DNA from: a virus | DNA: 64,000 nucleotides | Virus record (IMG/VR): IMGVR_UViG_3300046821_000134 | Coordinates: 1-64,000 of that record | Strand: one strand, 5' to 3' | In this document: positions 37,819-47,909 of the stretch, in pieces | How positions within the stretch are numbered: the first letter of the stretch is position 1 | Layout: each line of letters begins with the position of its first letter | Program-made: the position numbers and the translations under genes | The notes under the pieces: generated by a model | What the model saw: the letters and a program-made list of their open reading frames with translations, nothing else | Told to the model about the DNA's origin: nothing | Database searches by the model: none

Positions 37819-40800
37819 TTATGCAGCTTTGGCAAGCATCCCGCCCGGGCGTTTCTCTTCAGCAATCTTCCTGACAATCATGGTGTTAATCATGTTGGCA
37901 AATTGCTTACCCTCAGTCCCATCAGAAGACGTTGAGGTTGTTGCAGAGTCTCCTACGATGTTAATAGTCGTATTCACTTGCACACCTCCACTGCTTTGCC
38001 CTGACACATTCACTCCTAAGTCACCTTGACGTGTTCTTGTCAAAGGCATTACAGCCTCTCCGGCACGATTAGAACGTTCTTCTCCCATCACACCGAGAGA
38101 AGAGAACCCGCCTCCAGAGGCAAACTGGAATGCTGTGGGCTTGCTGTAGATGCCGTTTGTGAAGGAACCTCCTTGGGCGAACTGAGATGCACCAGAGAAG
38201 GCGTTTCCTTGCGCAGATTGCACAGGGCCTACAAAGTCAGCACTCCCGGGAGTCCCAACGCTGCTCCCCATCCCCACCATAGCCTGTACAGCCTTGAGCA
38301 ACAGCAGCTTAGTGGTCATCTGCACAATTATCTTGAGCATTGACTTCCCAAACTCCTGCGCATCCATCTTCCCTGTCATGAAGAAATCAGACAGAGTGTT
38401 CTCCATCAAGGAGAAGCCAGAGGAGAAGGCGCCTGCGGACACATCTTGAGCTTTGCCTATTGACGTATAGAAGCTCTCCCATCCCTTTTGGATATCAGGC
38501 TTGATGGGGGCATTCTGTACAATCTTTGTCTGCTCAACACCAAACTGCTTAAGCATCTCGATTCTCTTTTCATACAGAGCAATCTCTTTTTCATGATTAA
38601 CGGTGCTATCCCCTCTGAGCACAGCAATCTTACCCTCTGCCTCTGCTACTTTTTCGGCAACCTCTGCACTCAGCTTCATAAGATCGTTGTGCCGCTTCTT
38701 GGCTTCAGAGTCCATGTTGGTTGCATCAGCGTCTTGGTGATACTCCCTCCTTAGAAGGGCCGATGCAGAGGTTTGTTGTGCAGCAAGCTCTATATTGTCA
38801 TTAGCAACTTTCTGACTATTAGCTTCTGCAGCCGCCAGCTTCTCTGAAGCATTCTTACGCTCAAGGGCAGCAATGGCCCATTCAGCGGCCATCTTCGTTC
38901 CGTAGTCTGTTGCCTTGTTGGATGCTTCCTGAGCTTCAGCCAGCTTCTTCTGCGTCTCTGTCATCCGGGAAGATTCAAGCCCGTTGGCAGCTATGACCTG
39001 AGTATTCCTGTCTATAGCATCGGCAGCTACATTGGCAGCATCTCCAATGTCAAGCCATCCTTGAGCTTCTTTAGTAGAGTCTTGAAGCCCCTTGCGCTTT
39101 GGTTCCTCAGCAACAATCAATTTAAGCCATTTAAGCTCTTCTTGAAGAACTGCAATGTTTGTGTCTTTCTTAGGATTAGCAAGCGCTTTCTCTACGGCAA
39201 GAAGACGCTTACCCTTCTCTGTCATCTTGTCGTACTCAGCCCCCTTTGTTGTATATCCTTCGATGTCTAGCAGGATGGCTTCATACTCAGCTTCAAGAGT
39301 GTTCTGACGTGTCACACCACCAGAGAGCTTTTTAGGCTCATTCTGCTCGTTGAGCTTCTTGATGCGGTCTTCAATACTCTTAATCGTCTCAAGAGTGGCT
39401 TTAGTCTGAGGTTGTGTCTTCAGGAAAGACATATCAGCAGAGAGCTTGTTTATTTCTGTCTGACGCTTCTTAATCTCGTCATAGCCCTCGGCCTGCTTTG
39501 TAATAGCCTTGACTTTCTCTTCCTGAATTTTATTAGAGGCAGAGGCTTTTTCAGCACTACGTTGAGCTTCCGATAACGTGATGATCTTAAGCGCAGATGC
39601 TATTTCTGCATCATAGCTTTTTAGGCGCTCTTGAGTACGCCGCTTTGTTTCTTCGTTAGCGGAAATGAGCTTCTTTTCTTCCGTTTGCCTATTTACAAGA
39701 AGGGTGTTATATTTTTCTGTAGCGGCAGAAAGAGCGTCTTGGTGATCAGTCCCTCCGCTAAGGCTATCCTTAACACTCTGCCAGAAGTTACCGAAAGAGG
39801 CCTTGGTATCAGCCCAACCGCGTGACATTAGACCCTGCCCTGCGACGATTCTGTTGGTCATAGAATCATGGGCATCAGCAAGCAGGGTCTCTGCCATTGC
39901 TGTAGCTTCGTACTCTTTCCCTTGCTTCTTAAGTTCTGCAAGGTTTTCTCTTTGAGTCGTTGTAAGAAATCTGTATTTGGTATCAAGCCTATCAAGAGCC
40001 TCAACGGGAGATTCTGCCAAAGAGGCATACTCCTCTACAACCTTGTCTATGTCTTGGCCTGTAGCTGCAGCAAACTTAGCAGAAGATGTAGCAATACGCT
40101 CTACGTTTTGTCCTGCAATCTTTGCAGAAGACGCAATTGCAAGCATAGCCTCCGAGGCAAGATCAGACCTGCCAGAAGCCTCTCCAGCAGCCTTAGACAT
40201 TGCGTTGAAAGAGTCAGTTGATAACCCAACGTAATTATTAGTTAAGATCAGGGCTTTCTGGATTTCCTCTTGAGCTGTTGCAGCCTTGTAGAAAGCAAAG
40301 GCTGTTGCGCCAACTGCTATAGCCAGCAACGTCCAAGGATTCAGCAAAGCACTGAGCAACGTAGAGCCAAGAGCCTTAGCTGCCCCTCCTACAGACCCAA
40401 ACACATCCCGCAACTGTCCGCCCTGCTGGAGCATAATCAGGAACGGATTCTGTCCGCCAGCAAGCTGTGTTGCAATGTCAGTGAGCTGTGCAGGCACTGT
40501 GTTCATGGCAGCACGATATGCCTTGGTGGACATTGTGCCTTGCTGTAGTGTTTTATCAACTCCTCGAAGGCTGGCTAAAAGAGGTGCGGCTTGGGCAGTT
40601 ACTCCCTCTCTTGCTGCTTTATATTCAAGCCACCCTATCTTTCCGCTCTCAGCGTAGATTACTTCACGTTTCAGCTCTTTTAGGACGTTCTGTTGTGAGC
40701 GGGTAAGGGCGTCTGAATCACTCCCACTGCCCCCACTCTTTCCGCCTCCACTGCTAGCAGACACTGTAGCATTTCCTGCAGAGCGCCCTACAGAAGACAA

Positions 40801-41187
40801 TACCCCGGCAGAGCCCTTCATCTCATTCAGGAGGTCACGCGTTACTGCTAGCTGTGCATTGAATGCTGCCATCCCTGCCACAGAGCTATTCAGTTTATCT
40901 ACGGCTGTAGCAAGGGCTGAGAATGATGTAGAAACGCCCTTATAGGATTGCCCTAAATTAGAGATTCCCTTAGTATTCGTCTTGATGTCACGAATAGCCC
41001 CTGACAGGCTCTTTACGCCAGATGTGGCTGCATCAAGGGTGATAGCTGCGAAGTCTTCCAAGGCTTGCTTGGCAGCGTTAATAGCTGGAGCCCCTTCTTG
41101 GGCTGTCTTGGAGAATTTCCCGAGGGCATTAGCAGCAGGAATTATCCCTTTTGCTTTCACCTCAACTGAGATAGATTTGATATCCAT
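37819..41187 (-). CDS. tape measure protein
   Basis: 1122-aa helical, Ala-rich; PAQLTDI.TQL.GGQNP....QQGGQL.D.FG; C-terminal FA.GG...MGE...EAVMPL. Confidence 0.95.
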   Translation of the reverse strand: MDIKSISVEVKAKGIIPAANALGKFSKTAQEGAPAINAAKQALEDFAAITLDAATSGVKSLSGAIRDIKTNTKGISNLGQSYKGVSTSFSALATAVDKLNSSVAGMAAFNAQLAVTRDLLNEMKGSAGVLSSVGRSAGNATVSASSGGGKSGGSGSDSDALTRSQQNVLKELKREVIYAESGKIGWLEYKAAREGVTAQAAPLLASLRGVDKTLQQGTMSTKAYRAAMNTVPAQLTDIATQLAGGQNPFLIMLQQGGQLRDVFGSVGGAAKALGSTLLSALLNPWTLLAIAVGATAFAFYKAATAQEEIQKALILTNNYVGLSTDSFNAMSKAAGEASGRSDLASEAMLAIASSAKIAGQNVERIATSSAKFAAATGQDIDKVVEEYASLAESPVEALDRLDTKYRFLTTTQRENLAELKKQGKEYEATAMAETLLADAHDSMTNRIVAGQGLMSRGWADTKASFGNFWQSVKDSLSGGTDHQDALSAATEKYNTLLVNRQTEEKKLISANEETKRRTQERLKSYDAEIASALKIITLSEAQRSAEKASASNKIQEEKVKAITKQAEGYDEIKKRQTEINKLSADMSFLKTQPQTKATLETIKSIEDRIKKLNEQNEPKKLSGGVTRQNTLEAEYEAILLDIEGYTTKGAEYDKMTEKGKRLLAVEKALANPKKDTNIAVLQEELKWLKLIVAEEPKRKGLQDSTKEAQGWLDIGDAANVAADAIDRNTQVIAANGLESSRMTETQKKLAEAQEASNKATDYGTKMAAEWAIAALERKNASEKLAAAEANSQKVANDNIELAAQQTSASALLRREYHQDADATNMDSEAKKRHNDLMKLSAEVAEKVAEAEGKIAVLRGDSTVNHEKEIALYEKRIEMLKQFGVEQTKIVQNAPIKPDIQKGWESFYTSIGKAQDVSAGAFSSGFSLMENTLSDFFMTGKMDAQEFGKSMLKIIVQMTTKLLLLKAVQAMVGMGSSVGTPGSADFVGPVQSAQGNAFSGASQFAQGGSFTNGIYSKPTAFQFASGGGFSSLGVMGEERSNRAGEAVMPLTRTRQGDLGVNVSGQSSGGVQVNTTINIVGDSATTSTSSDGTEGKQFANMINTMIVRKIAEEKRPGGMLAKAA

Positions 41188-41199
41188 GCTTCCCTCACA

Positions 41200-41231
41200 T
41201 AAAAATAAAAGCTACGCCCGAAGGCGTAGCA
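41200..41231 (-). terminator. intrinsic terminator
   Basis: GCTACGCC-TTCG-GGCGTAGC-TTTTATTTTT. Confidence 0.85.
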
Positions 41232-41233
41232 TG

Positions 41234-41641
41234 TCAGCGTCTTGCTGATTTAGGAGCCTTACTTCCTGTATTAACAGGGTGAAGTTTTCTCCAAGCATCA
41301 AGATAAATTTCATCACAACTTGTGAAAACTTGTAGTTCCACTGTGTTCAAATGTTTTCCAAGACAAGCACAATATCCACTCATGTCTTGCCACGTCAAAG
41401 GAAGCGGGCTTCCTGACATTGAATCAAACCCCCTGCGCCTGCTTAATTCCAGAAACTCATTCCAATAGTATTTCAGGCTAATAGGAACGGATGCCTTTCT
41501 ATATGCAATCAACTCTGGAACGATCTTCTCTTGCTTCTCAAGGGCAAGCATGTGTGTGTATTCATTAACACCACTCTTGCCCTTTGGAAGCATCATTGTG
41601 AAGAAAGAATCTGCATAACTCAGGAGGCTTGACAGTTTTTT
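41234..41641 (-). CDS. tail assembly chaperone extension (gpT-like), reached by -1 frameshift
   Basis: The -1 frame is open from slippery A AAA AAC into the 41234..41596 ORF; W..F..L...R......PL.W motif. Confidence 0.8.
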   Translation of the reverse strand, partial: KKLSSLLSYADSFFTMMLPKGKSGVNEYTHMLALEKQEKIVPELIAYRKASVPISLKYYWNEFLELSRRRGFDSMSGSPLPLTWQDMSGYCACLGKHLNTVELQVFTSCDEIYLDAWRKLHPVNTGSKAPKSARR

Positions 41642-42045
41642 TCCAGCATCGTATCAACGTCCATCACTGCTGCAGCCACTTGCCCTGCCAGCCATTCATG
41701 CTTGATGAACAAATCATATGCTTTGTCTTGGGAGAACTTAACGTCCTTGCCACCAACCTTGACGCCTTCCCATCCTTCACAGCACATGGAAAGCATCTTG
41801 GCAGTATTCTTACGCTTCTCTTCTTCGTCGGGGGTGGTGTCTTCCTTCTTACATTTCTCAAGGTATGCGTTGAACACAGCAATACCCTTCTTGAATGCTT
41901 CAGAGCCAACCCCCTTCACCTTAATCTTCATATCTGAGGGGTCACCAGCTTTAGTGCCTTTAGCCTTATTGTCAGCCGGGTAAACAATAACAATGTCCAT
42001 CCCGTCTTCTACGGCCTTCTGAAAATCAAATTCGTCCAATTCCAT
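41620..42045 (-). CDS. tail assembly chaperone (gpG-like)
   Basis: Lies between tail tube and TMP; start MELDEF after AAGGA. Confidence 0.85.
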   Translation of the reverse strand: MELDEFDFQKAVEDGMDIVIVYPADNKAKGTKAGDPSDMKIKVKGVGSEAFKKGIAVFNAYLEKCKKEDTTPDEEEKRKNTAKMLSMCCEGWEGVKVGGKDVKFSQDKAYDLFIKHEWLAGQVAAAVMDVDTMLEKNCQAS

Positions 42046-42063
42046 CTTATTATCCTTTATGTT

Positions 42064-42106
42064 AAAAAGCAGGCGTGTGAAGCCTTTGCGCAAACCTCAC
42101 ACGCCC
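42064..42106 (-). terminator. intrinsic terminator after major tail gene
   Basis: GGCGTGTGA...TCACACGCC stem followed by GCTTTTT. Confidence 0.7.
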
Positions 42107-42130
42107 TTAGAAGGAGAAAGCTATTTACAA

Positions 42131-43345
42131 TTAAGCAATCTCTTGGATGATGATAGAAGAATCATCATATGCAGTACCCGTAGCACCTTCGCGGTACAGA
42201 GCGTTAAAGCTGATTTCTTGAGTAAGACCGCCAGTGCTACCATCGTTAGGTGTTGCAGAACCGAGCTTCACACGACCCATCTTAAACACGATGTCCTTGC
42301 CGCCATCGCCCTTCATCCAGAATGCCAGAGTGATTTCATCTTCATCACGGAACTTCTCGAAGAGGGCGTCATTCTCGAAGTAGGCGGTAACAGTGCCAGA
42401 CACTTCAATACGACCTTGGAAGATAGCTGCCGAAGGACGCGTGCCATCAGGCTGCAAGTTACCAACAACAGATGATGCTTCCAGATTACCTTGTACTTCA
42501 AAGTCAAGACCTGTAACCAGAACAGCCGGGGCACCGTCCATCATCAGGAATGCCTTATTGCCAGCCATAACGCTTGAAGCATACGCAGCTTGCGGAGCTG
42601 TGAAGTAGCGTACTGCGGCTGTCTTCATGTCCTTAGCTTGCACGTCAAAATCTACAGTGCCCATTGCATCAGGCTGCAGAGAGAACGATGCAGAGCCAAA
42701 CTTACAGCCAGTAGCCAGTCGGCTAACACCAATGTCAGCGTAGAACTGCTCAACCGTGTAGCTATCATCTGTGCGGTTAGCCACTTCAGCAGGAACACCG
42801 AGCTTCTTACCAGCAACAGTGATAACAACGGAATCGCCAGCAGCCTTGGTAACGAGCGTCACGCCACTCAGCACCATCTTGCCAGCCGTGAGAGACATAA
42901 TCATTGCACGACCATTGTTAGCCGTTGCAGGGGCTGTGAATCCAGTGATATCTACGACATCACCAATCTTGTAGCCACCTGTAATGAACCCGTTGCCAGA
43001 GTCGTTCAGGGAGTTATCTACAGCGCTCGAAGCCACGGTAATCTTAGTGCTTGTAGCACCAGTGACAAACACGCCACGAAGCAAACATTCGTACATTGGA
43101 GTGTGACTGCCTGTGGCGATTTCATCAGCCAGCGTACCAGAAACAACGTCCGTACCACTACGAGATTCACCAACCTGAGCATGTGAGTTAATACGATCAG
43201 ACGAGAACGATTCACGAGAAAGAGCAAGGTCAAGATTAACCCGAGGGATGTAACGAGCTGAAGTGGAGCCTGCTGCTGGAGCTGTCCCCCACACCGTTTC
43301 CTTATGTATAACAACTACTTTGTTAATTCCTGATGCGAAGGCCAT
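42131..43345 (-). CDS. major tail tube protein with inserted domain
   Basis: MA.ASG......KE..WG..P N-terminus; G.....SG....YFE....F.KF; position in operon. Confidence 0.9.
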   Translation of the reverse strand: MAFASGINKVVVIHKETVWGTAPAAGSTSARYIPRVNLDLALSRESFSSDRINSHAQVGESRSGTDVVSGTLADEIATGSHTPMYECLLRGVFVTGATSTKITVASSAVDNSLNDSGNGFITGGYKIGDVVDITGFTAPATANNGRAMIMSLTAGKMVLSGVTLVTKAAGDSVVITVAGKKLGVPAEVANRTDDSYTVEQFYADIGVSRLATGCKFGSASFSLQPDAMGTVDFDVQAKDMKTAAVRYFTAPQAAYASSVMAGNKAFLMMDGAPAVLVTGLDFEVQGNLEASSVVGNLQPDGTRPSAAIFQGRIEVSGTVTAYFENDALFEKFRDEDEITLAFWMKGDGGKDIVFKMGRVKLGSATPNDGSTGGLTQEISFNALYREGATGTAYDDSSIIIQEIA

Positions 43346-43359
43346 TTAAGTTCCTTTAT

Positions 43360-43767
43360 TCAATATGTTTCACAACGATATGTCGTTTCAACGACAACAT
43401 ACACAAACTTTCCATCTTGATAGACGGGAGACTGACTTGGCGTATTTTCTATATTGATGAACACACCACTTTCTTCAATCGTCAGGCCGCGAGGAAACAG
43501 CTCTACAAGCTGTGCAGCCAACGTTTCAACTGCAAATGGCCCATCTATTTCTGTAGGGACGTATGCCTGTAACCTTAGCAATCCCCTGTAGCGCCTATGC
43601 TCAACACCCAGCGAGGGGTTTCCTGTAGGGCTTGGGAAGACAACCACTCTGATGTGCTTGTCTTCAAAGTCTCCCCCAACGTTCTCCCAAGCTACAGGAA
43701 TACTGTTAGTGGTGGCCCAAGCCATCACCCTTTCTTCTAACGCGTTTCTAATTTTGATTTGTGACAT
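43360..43767 (-). CDS. tail terminator (DUF4128-like)
   Basis: I..ALE.......PVAWENV; F.RG..I; position. Confidence 0.8.
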   Translation of the reverse strand: MSQIKIRNALEERVMAWATTNSIPVAWENVGGDFEDKHIRVVVFPSPTGNPSLGVEHRRYRGLLRLQAYVPTEIDGPFAVETLAAQLVELFPRGLTIEESGVFINIENTPSQSPVYQDGKFVYVVVETTYRCETY

Positions 43768-43775
43768 AGCCCTCC

Positions 43776-44183
43776 TTACAATTCAGCAGCAAGAGCCTTG
43801 GCTATTGGAGCGTAGGCAGGGGTTCTCTGCCACCCCTTGTATTCAATATCTGCGATGTATGATGTACTGTTCGTCATCGTCACAGCTTGATTAACCAAGA
43901 AGTAGTCATCGGGGATTTGAGCATCAATACGTTTAAACGTTTGTGCTGTGTCTTCGTTACCAGCAATCTCCCCCACTTGAGGCATAGGGCCAATCCTGAA
44001 GTTCTTCAGGAAATGCCCTTGTGAATATCCGCCCATATTGAATGAGGGAGAAGGCGAGAGAGCTACAATACGCTTGTAAAGGATTCTTGCTTTCTGAGCC
44101 ACTTCAGCAGATAGATGTTCTTGGCCTTCAGAGCAGAATGCACTAATCTCATTAGCCCAATCTTGAATTTCATTCTTAGCCAT
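43776..44183 (-). CDS. neck / tail completion protein (HK97 gp10-like)
   Basis: SP...G.F..NF; N...Y...IEY.GW; position. Confidence 0.7.
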   Translation of the reverse strand: MAKNEIQDWANEISAFCSEGQEHLSAEVAQKARILYKRIVALSPSPSFNMGGYSQGHFLKNFRIGPMPQVGEIAGNEDTAQTFKRIDAQIPDDYFLVNQAVTMTNSTSYIADIEYKGWQRTPAYAPIAKALAAEL

Positions 44184-44184
44184 A

Positions 44185-44568
44185 TTATTTCCTCATCAAT
44201 AGGAAATAACAGATTGGGGCTTCTCCTGAGGGGTTATTGTCACGCTTACCAATGATCTTCCAGCGAGCACCAGAGGCGTCTTCTACGAAGTCCTTGTCAG
44301 GCGTAGGATGTCTTGGGAATAAGCTGGAAGGCTCAAGGTAGAGAATCTTATCTCCACGTAGGATGAGGGTGCCATCGAATGTAGCTTCAGACCATTTCTC
44401 TTGGTGATCCATCCAAGCCCCACGGCCTGCAATCTTCGTCTCTGTGTTCGTAGTGGATACTCCGGGAACGTAGGTTCCCTTAGTGACGAACACAACAGAG
44501 AGTGGGCCGCCTGCTATGTTCATAATCTGCGCTGTAGCTTGCTTGAGTTGCTGTGTGAGATAGTTCAT
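44185..44568 (-). CDS. head closure protein
   Basis: G.Y.P...GTLI..GDK..Y pattern; position. Confidence 0.7.
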   Translation of the reverse strand: MNYLTQQLKQATAQIMNIAGGPLSVVFVTKGTYVPGVSTTNTETKIAGRGAWMDHQEKWSEATFDGTLILRGDKILYLEPSSLFPRHPTPDKDFVEDASGARWKIIGKRDNNPSGEAPICYFLLMRK

Positions 44569-44988
44569 TTAGAAATTCTCCCAAGGAACCCATTTTCCTT
44601 CTACATATCCATAAGGGTTTGTAGGAACACGATGCAGAACAGTGTCATCAAGGATATTAGCTTCGTAGTCATCTTTGTAGACTCCGCATGCGTAAATCCT
44701 GACGGCGTTTAGGGCGCTTGTGGGACTGTTGATGGTGTATTGCAAATACCTCATGTACTGTTCGAAGACACCAGAAGAAAGGGCCTGTATCCGGTCTAAG
44801 CGTACATCGCCACGCATACTGAGCGTAGCTAAAATATAGTGTGCGCATTGACGGGTGGCTTTTTCCTCGTTGTTATCAAACTGCTCCAATGTGTCGCTAA
44901 TCTGTTGGTCGCTCAAAACGGGTAGATCGGAAATATCGCCAATGGTGAGCCTGATACGCCCTACCGGGTCTGTTAGGTCAATTGCCAT
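44569..44988 (-). CDS. head-tail adaptor
   Basis: D....RIRL.IGD......LSD..I pattern; follows the capsid gene. Confidence 0.72.
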   Translation of the reverse strand: MAIDLTDPVGRIRLTIGDISDLPVLSDQQISDTLEQFDNNEEKATRQCAHYILATLSMRGDVRLDRIQALSSGVFEQYMRYLQYTINSPTSALNAVRIYACGVYKDDYEANILDDTVLHRVPTNPYGYVEGKWVPWENF

Positions 44989-46358
44989 TCAGGATTCTCC
45001 TTTAGGATGCTTTCTATAAATTCTTTAACTTGCTCAAAAGGAGCGTCCGTGGATTCTCGTTTGAATCCATCTATATCACATCCCAAACGGGACGTTTGTG
45101 GAAACTGTTTCTTCACGGCATTCTCTAACGCCAAAGCGGAGGAGCCTATTGGGAAATCCCATGTGTGTTGTTGTGTAATGACGAAGGCTGATTTTGAGAG
45201 ACTTCTGATGTGTTGACGCAACCTCTGTTCTGCGTTATTACTAATTCCGTAACCAGTGAAGCTACCAAAAGAAGACTCGCAGCACAGTAAATACAAGATT
45301 GCTTTATCGCCTGTCTGAAACCCGTATGATGCACAACAAGGACACCCTGCTCCAGCCATGTGGTGGGTAGGAGTTTGTTTAAAAAAGTTATTACACTTTG
45401 TGCAGTATATCTCAACAGGTAGGTTTGCCCGCTCATAGACTACTCGCTCATACGAATAAACGCCGCCGTGCACAGCTACGGCCCTTCCCACAAAGGCATC
45501 CCGACCAATTATCTTCTTGTTTGCGCAAGACTCGCTGCCACATTTCCAACAGCCTCTCCCTCGGAGCATCCCCTTGACTGTGCTTAAAAAGTCTCCGTGA
45601 TGCAGGCAAGTAACTCTTATTTTAGACCTTGCGTTTACGTAGCCACTAAAGTCATAGGAGTACTTGTCGCCGTGTACTCTAAGTAGTCCCTGCAATGCTT
45701 CATCTTTACTCTTAGTAATTGACTCAAAAAATGGCTTTGTGTTACATTTTCTGCACCCTTGACCATTCAAATGATTATTAGCTATTATTTCAAACACCCT
45801 TCCGCACTTCCTGCAGACAACAGGGATGAGGGTTTTTTGGTTAACGTATTTAGTAACCAATGAGTAGTCGTACTGTTCGCCATGGACGGCTTTTGCCTTT
45901 TCAACAAGATCTTCAATAGTGTGTCGTGTTTTTTCAACAGTCTTTTCAATACCACACTTTTTACACCCCCGGCCTGACAAGTGAGAATAAGGTATTTGCT
46001 CCCAAACACCGTGCTTCTTGCAGATAATCCTTACTTTGTTGCTTGATCCTGTATACACAACCTCAGAGTAGTCGTAGGTGGCTCCATGTACTTCTACTGC
46101 ACTGCGAATAAAATCTTCTCTAGAGAACCTTGTTTTGTGTGAAATTGCTTCTCTTCCACAAAGCGCACACTTTTGCCCGGCCAAATGTTTTGTAGGGGAC
46201 ATCCAAAACGGGCCGTGGTGTTTGCAAATAATCTTCACCTTCTCAAGTGCCCCGCCGTATTCAGTCTCCGAGTAATCGTATTTATCTCCGTGAACACTTA
46301 CTGCTTGTTCTATAAATTGTTCAGTTGTCTTTTTTAACACGGTTCTCCTCTTTATCAA
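44973..46358 (-). CDS. free-standing putative homing endonuclease with five zinc-ribbon repeats
   Basis: Five repeats of FI..A..VHG..YDYS...Y......V.I.C..HG.F...P..HL.G.GC..C; C-terminal LYLL...GYGISN....RL.QH (GIY-YIG/T5orf172-like); own promoter TTTACA-17-TATAAT at 46373-46401. Confidence 0.8.
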   Translation of the reverse strand: MIKRRTVLKKTTEQFIEQAVSVHGDKYDYSETEYGGALEKVKIICKHHGPFWMSPTKHLAGQKCALCGREAISHKTRFSREDFIRSAVEVHGATYDYSEVVYTGSSNKVRIICKKHGVWEQIPYSHLSGRGCKKCGIEKTVEKTRHTIEDLVEKAKAVHGEQYDYSLVTKYVNQKTLIPVVCRKCGRVFEIIANNHLNGQGCRKCNTKPFFESITKSKDEALQGLLRVHGDKYSYDFSGYVNARSKIRVTCLHHGDFLSTVKGMLRGRGCWKCGSESCANKKIIGRDAFVGRAVAVHGGVYSYERVVYERANLPVEIYCTKCNNFFKQTPTHHMAGAGCPCCASYGFQTGDKAILYLLCCESSFGSFTGYGISNNAEQRLRQHIRSLSKSAFVITQQHTWDFPIGSSALALENAVKKQFPQTSRLGCDIDGFKRESTDAPFEQVKEFIESILKENPEWQLT

Positions 46359-46419
46359 ATGCTCTGGAGAGCATTATACGCCCTCCAGAACACTTTGTAA
46401 AGCTACCTCAACTAAGAGA

Positions 46420-47430
46420 TTACGCCGTAGTGCACTTCACAACCATCGCCGGACGGCACAAGGCATTCAGGAAATTAGACTCAGATTCCAGAATGATCTT
46501 GTCGTCACGCTCACCTTGATACTCAAACGCGTAAGCAGGTTCTCCGGTTGTGCCCGCCAGCGAGAACTTGTTCGCACTTGCAAAATAAGTCTTGAAGGCA
46601 TCGGTGCCAACCGGAACCATGACGGCTTCGTTAGCCGGAATGAAAGCGTTACCTGCATAGTTGCCGCGAACTTCTACAAACAGAACGCCTGCATGGAAGA
46701 ACTCGCGGTACATCGTGGTGTTGCCACCAAGACGCTGACGCAGGGGTTCTTGCGTGCTGGTATAATATGTATAAGCGGTTTTAACGTTAGCGTGAGAAAT
46801 CAAGCTGAAGAAGAAGCCGCTGGAACAGTAGCAAACAATGCCTGATACATTTTGACCAGAGGCGTTATCTTGAATGTGGGCAATACCCTCTTCCACCTTG
46901 GATACAATGTCTGTGGTGTTCGTTCCGAAAGTAAAATTAACACTCTTCTGCGATACACCAAACTCGGTGAAGTAGTTCATCGAGACGGTACCATTCGGAG
47001 CATACACATCACCAGAAGTCAGAGCTTTCCAGCGTGCATGTTCCAGCGTCCACGCATGATTCTGACGAATGCGAGCAAGGCGACGAGCACGAACGAGAGC
47101 GAGCTGCTCTTCATCCGATGCCGTACCATATGCGCGCTTACCCTTGATGTCGCTAGGTGTAATGTAATCGTCATACGGAAAATGCGGTACACTCCACGCA
47201 CGAATCAAGGAACCTTGCTCCTTGTTCGCATCGGCACGCTCTCCGCGCACCTTGTCTACAATGATAGCGCCATCTTTAGTGGTCTGTTCAAACTGAACGG
47301 TGTAAGTTTCAATACCTTCTTCTTGGAAGAGGCCATCAGCAGCCAAACGTCCCCATTGATTCGGGACAAGAACAAGCTCCTCCGTCCAATCAGAAACCTC
47401 GAAATTCTTGCCAAAAGTACGAGTCAACAT
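46420..47430 (-). CDS. major capsid protein (lambda E-like)
   Basis: P..WG.L...GLF, PHF..DD.I.P.DI.G.R, T.E.....AL..G, ESN.L....RP. Confidence 0.92.
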   Translation of the reverse strand: MLTRTFGKNFEVSDWTEELVLVPNQWGRLAADGLFQEEGIETYTVQFEQTTKDGAIIVDKVRGERADANKEQGSLIRAWSVPHFPYDDYITPSDIKGKRAYGTASDEEQLALVRARRLARIRQNHAWTLEHARWKALTSGDVYAPNGTVSMNYFTEFGVSQKSVNFTFGTNTTDIVSKVEEGIAHIQDNASGQNVSGIVCYCSSGFFFSLISHANVKTAYTYYTSTQEPLRQRLGGNTTMYREFFHAGVLFVEVRGNYAGNAFIPANEAVMVPVGTDAFKTYFASANKFSLAGTTGEPAYAFEYQGERDDKIILESESNFLNALCRPAMVVKCTTA

Positions 47431-47453
47431 ATTTATTCTTTCCTTAATCTATA

Positions 47454-47873
47454 TTAGAGAGCGGTAACAGTGACGATACCCTTGGCAGCCAGCGCGTCAT
47501 ACACAGCCAGTTTTTCAGCATTCGTGTCGGTGCCAGCACCAAACGTCAGCTTGCCAACAACAACCTTTGCAGGGCCACGAGCCAGCATCAGAACCTTGGT
47601 GTCCGTAGTAGCAGCAACTGCCAGAACCGGAGTCAGTTCGTCCTTACCCAAGAACACGCCTGCAGCTTCCAAGCCTGCACCAGATGCAAGCGATGCGTCC
47701 TGAATAAGATACTTGCCAGTGGCAGTGACCTTAGCCAGAACAGCGCCTGCCGTCAGCGTGGTAGCACCAGCCAGATTAACAGTAACTACTTCACGAGTGA
47801 TGCCGCTGGACGGATCATATTCTTCTTTAACAACGTCGCTCAGAGTAAGCGTGCGAGTGTCGATAACAGCCAT
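47454..47873 (-). CDS. head decoration protein
   Basis: SDVVK.E......REVVT; GAVL.KVTA.GKY; LARGP..V. Confidence 0.85.
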   Translation of the reverse strand: MAVIDTRTLTLSDVVKEEYDPSSGITREVVTVNLAGATTLTAGAVLAKVTATGKYLIQDASLASGAGLEAAGVFLGKDELTPVLAVAATTDTKVLMLARGPAKVVVGKLTFGAGTDTNAEKLAVYDALAAKGIVTVTAL

Positions 47874-47909
47874 TTGTATTTCCTTTCTAAAATTGCGATA
47901 GTCTCAAGA

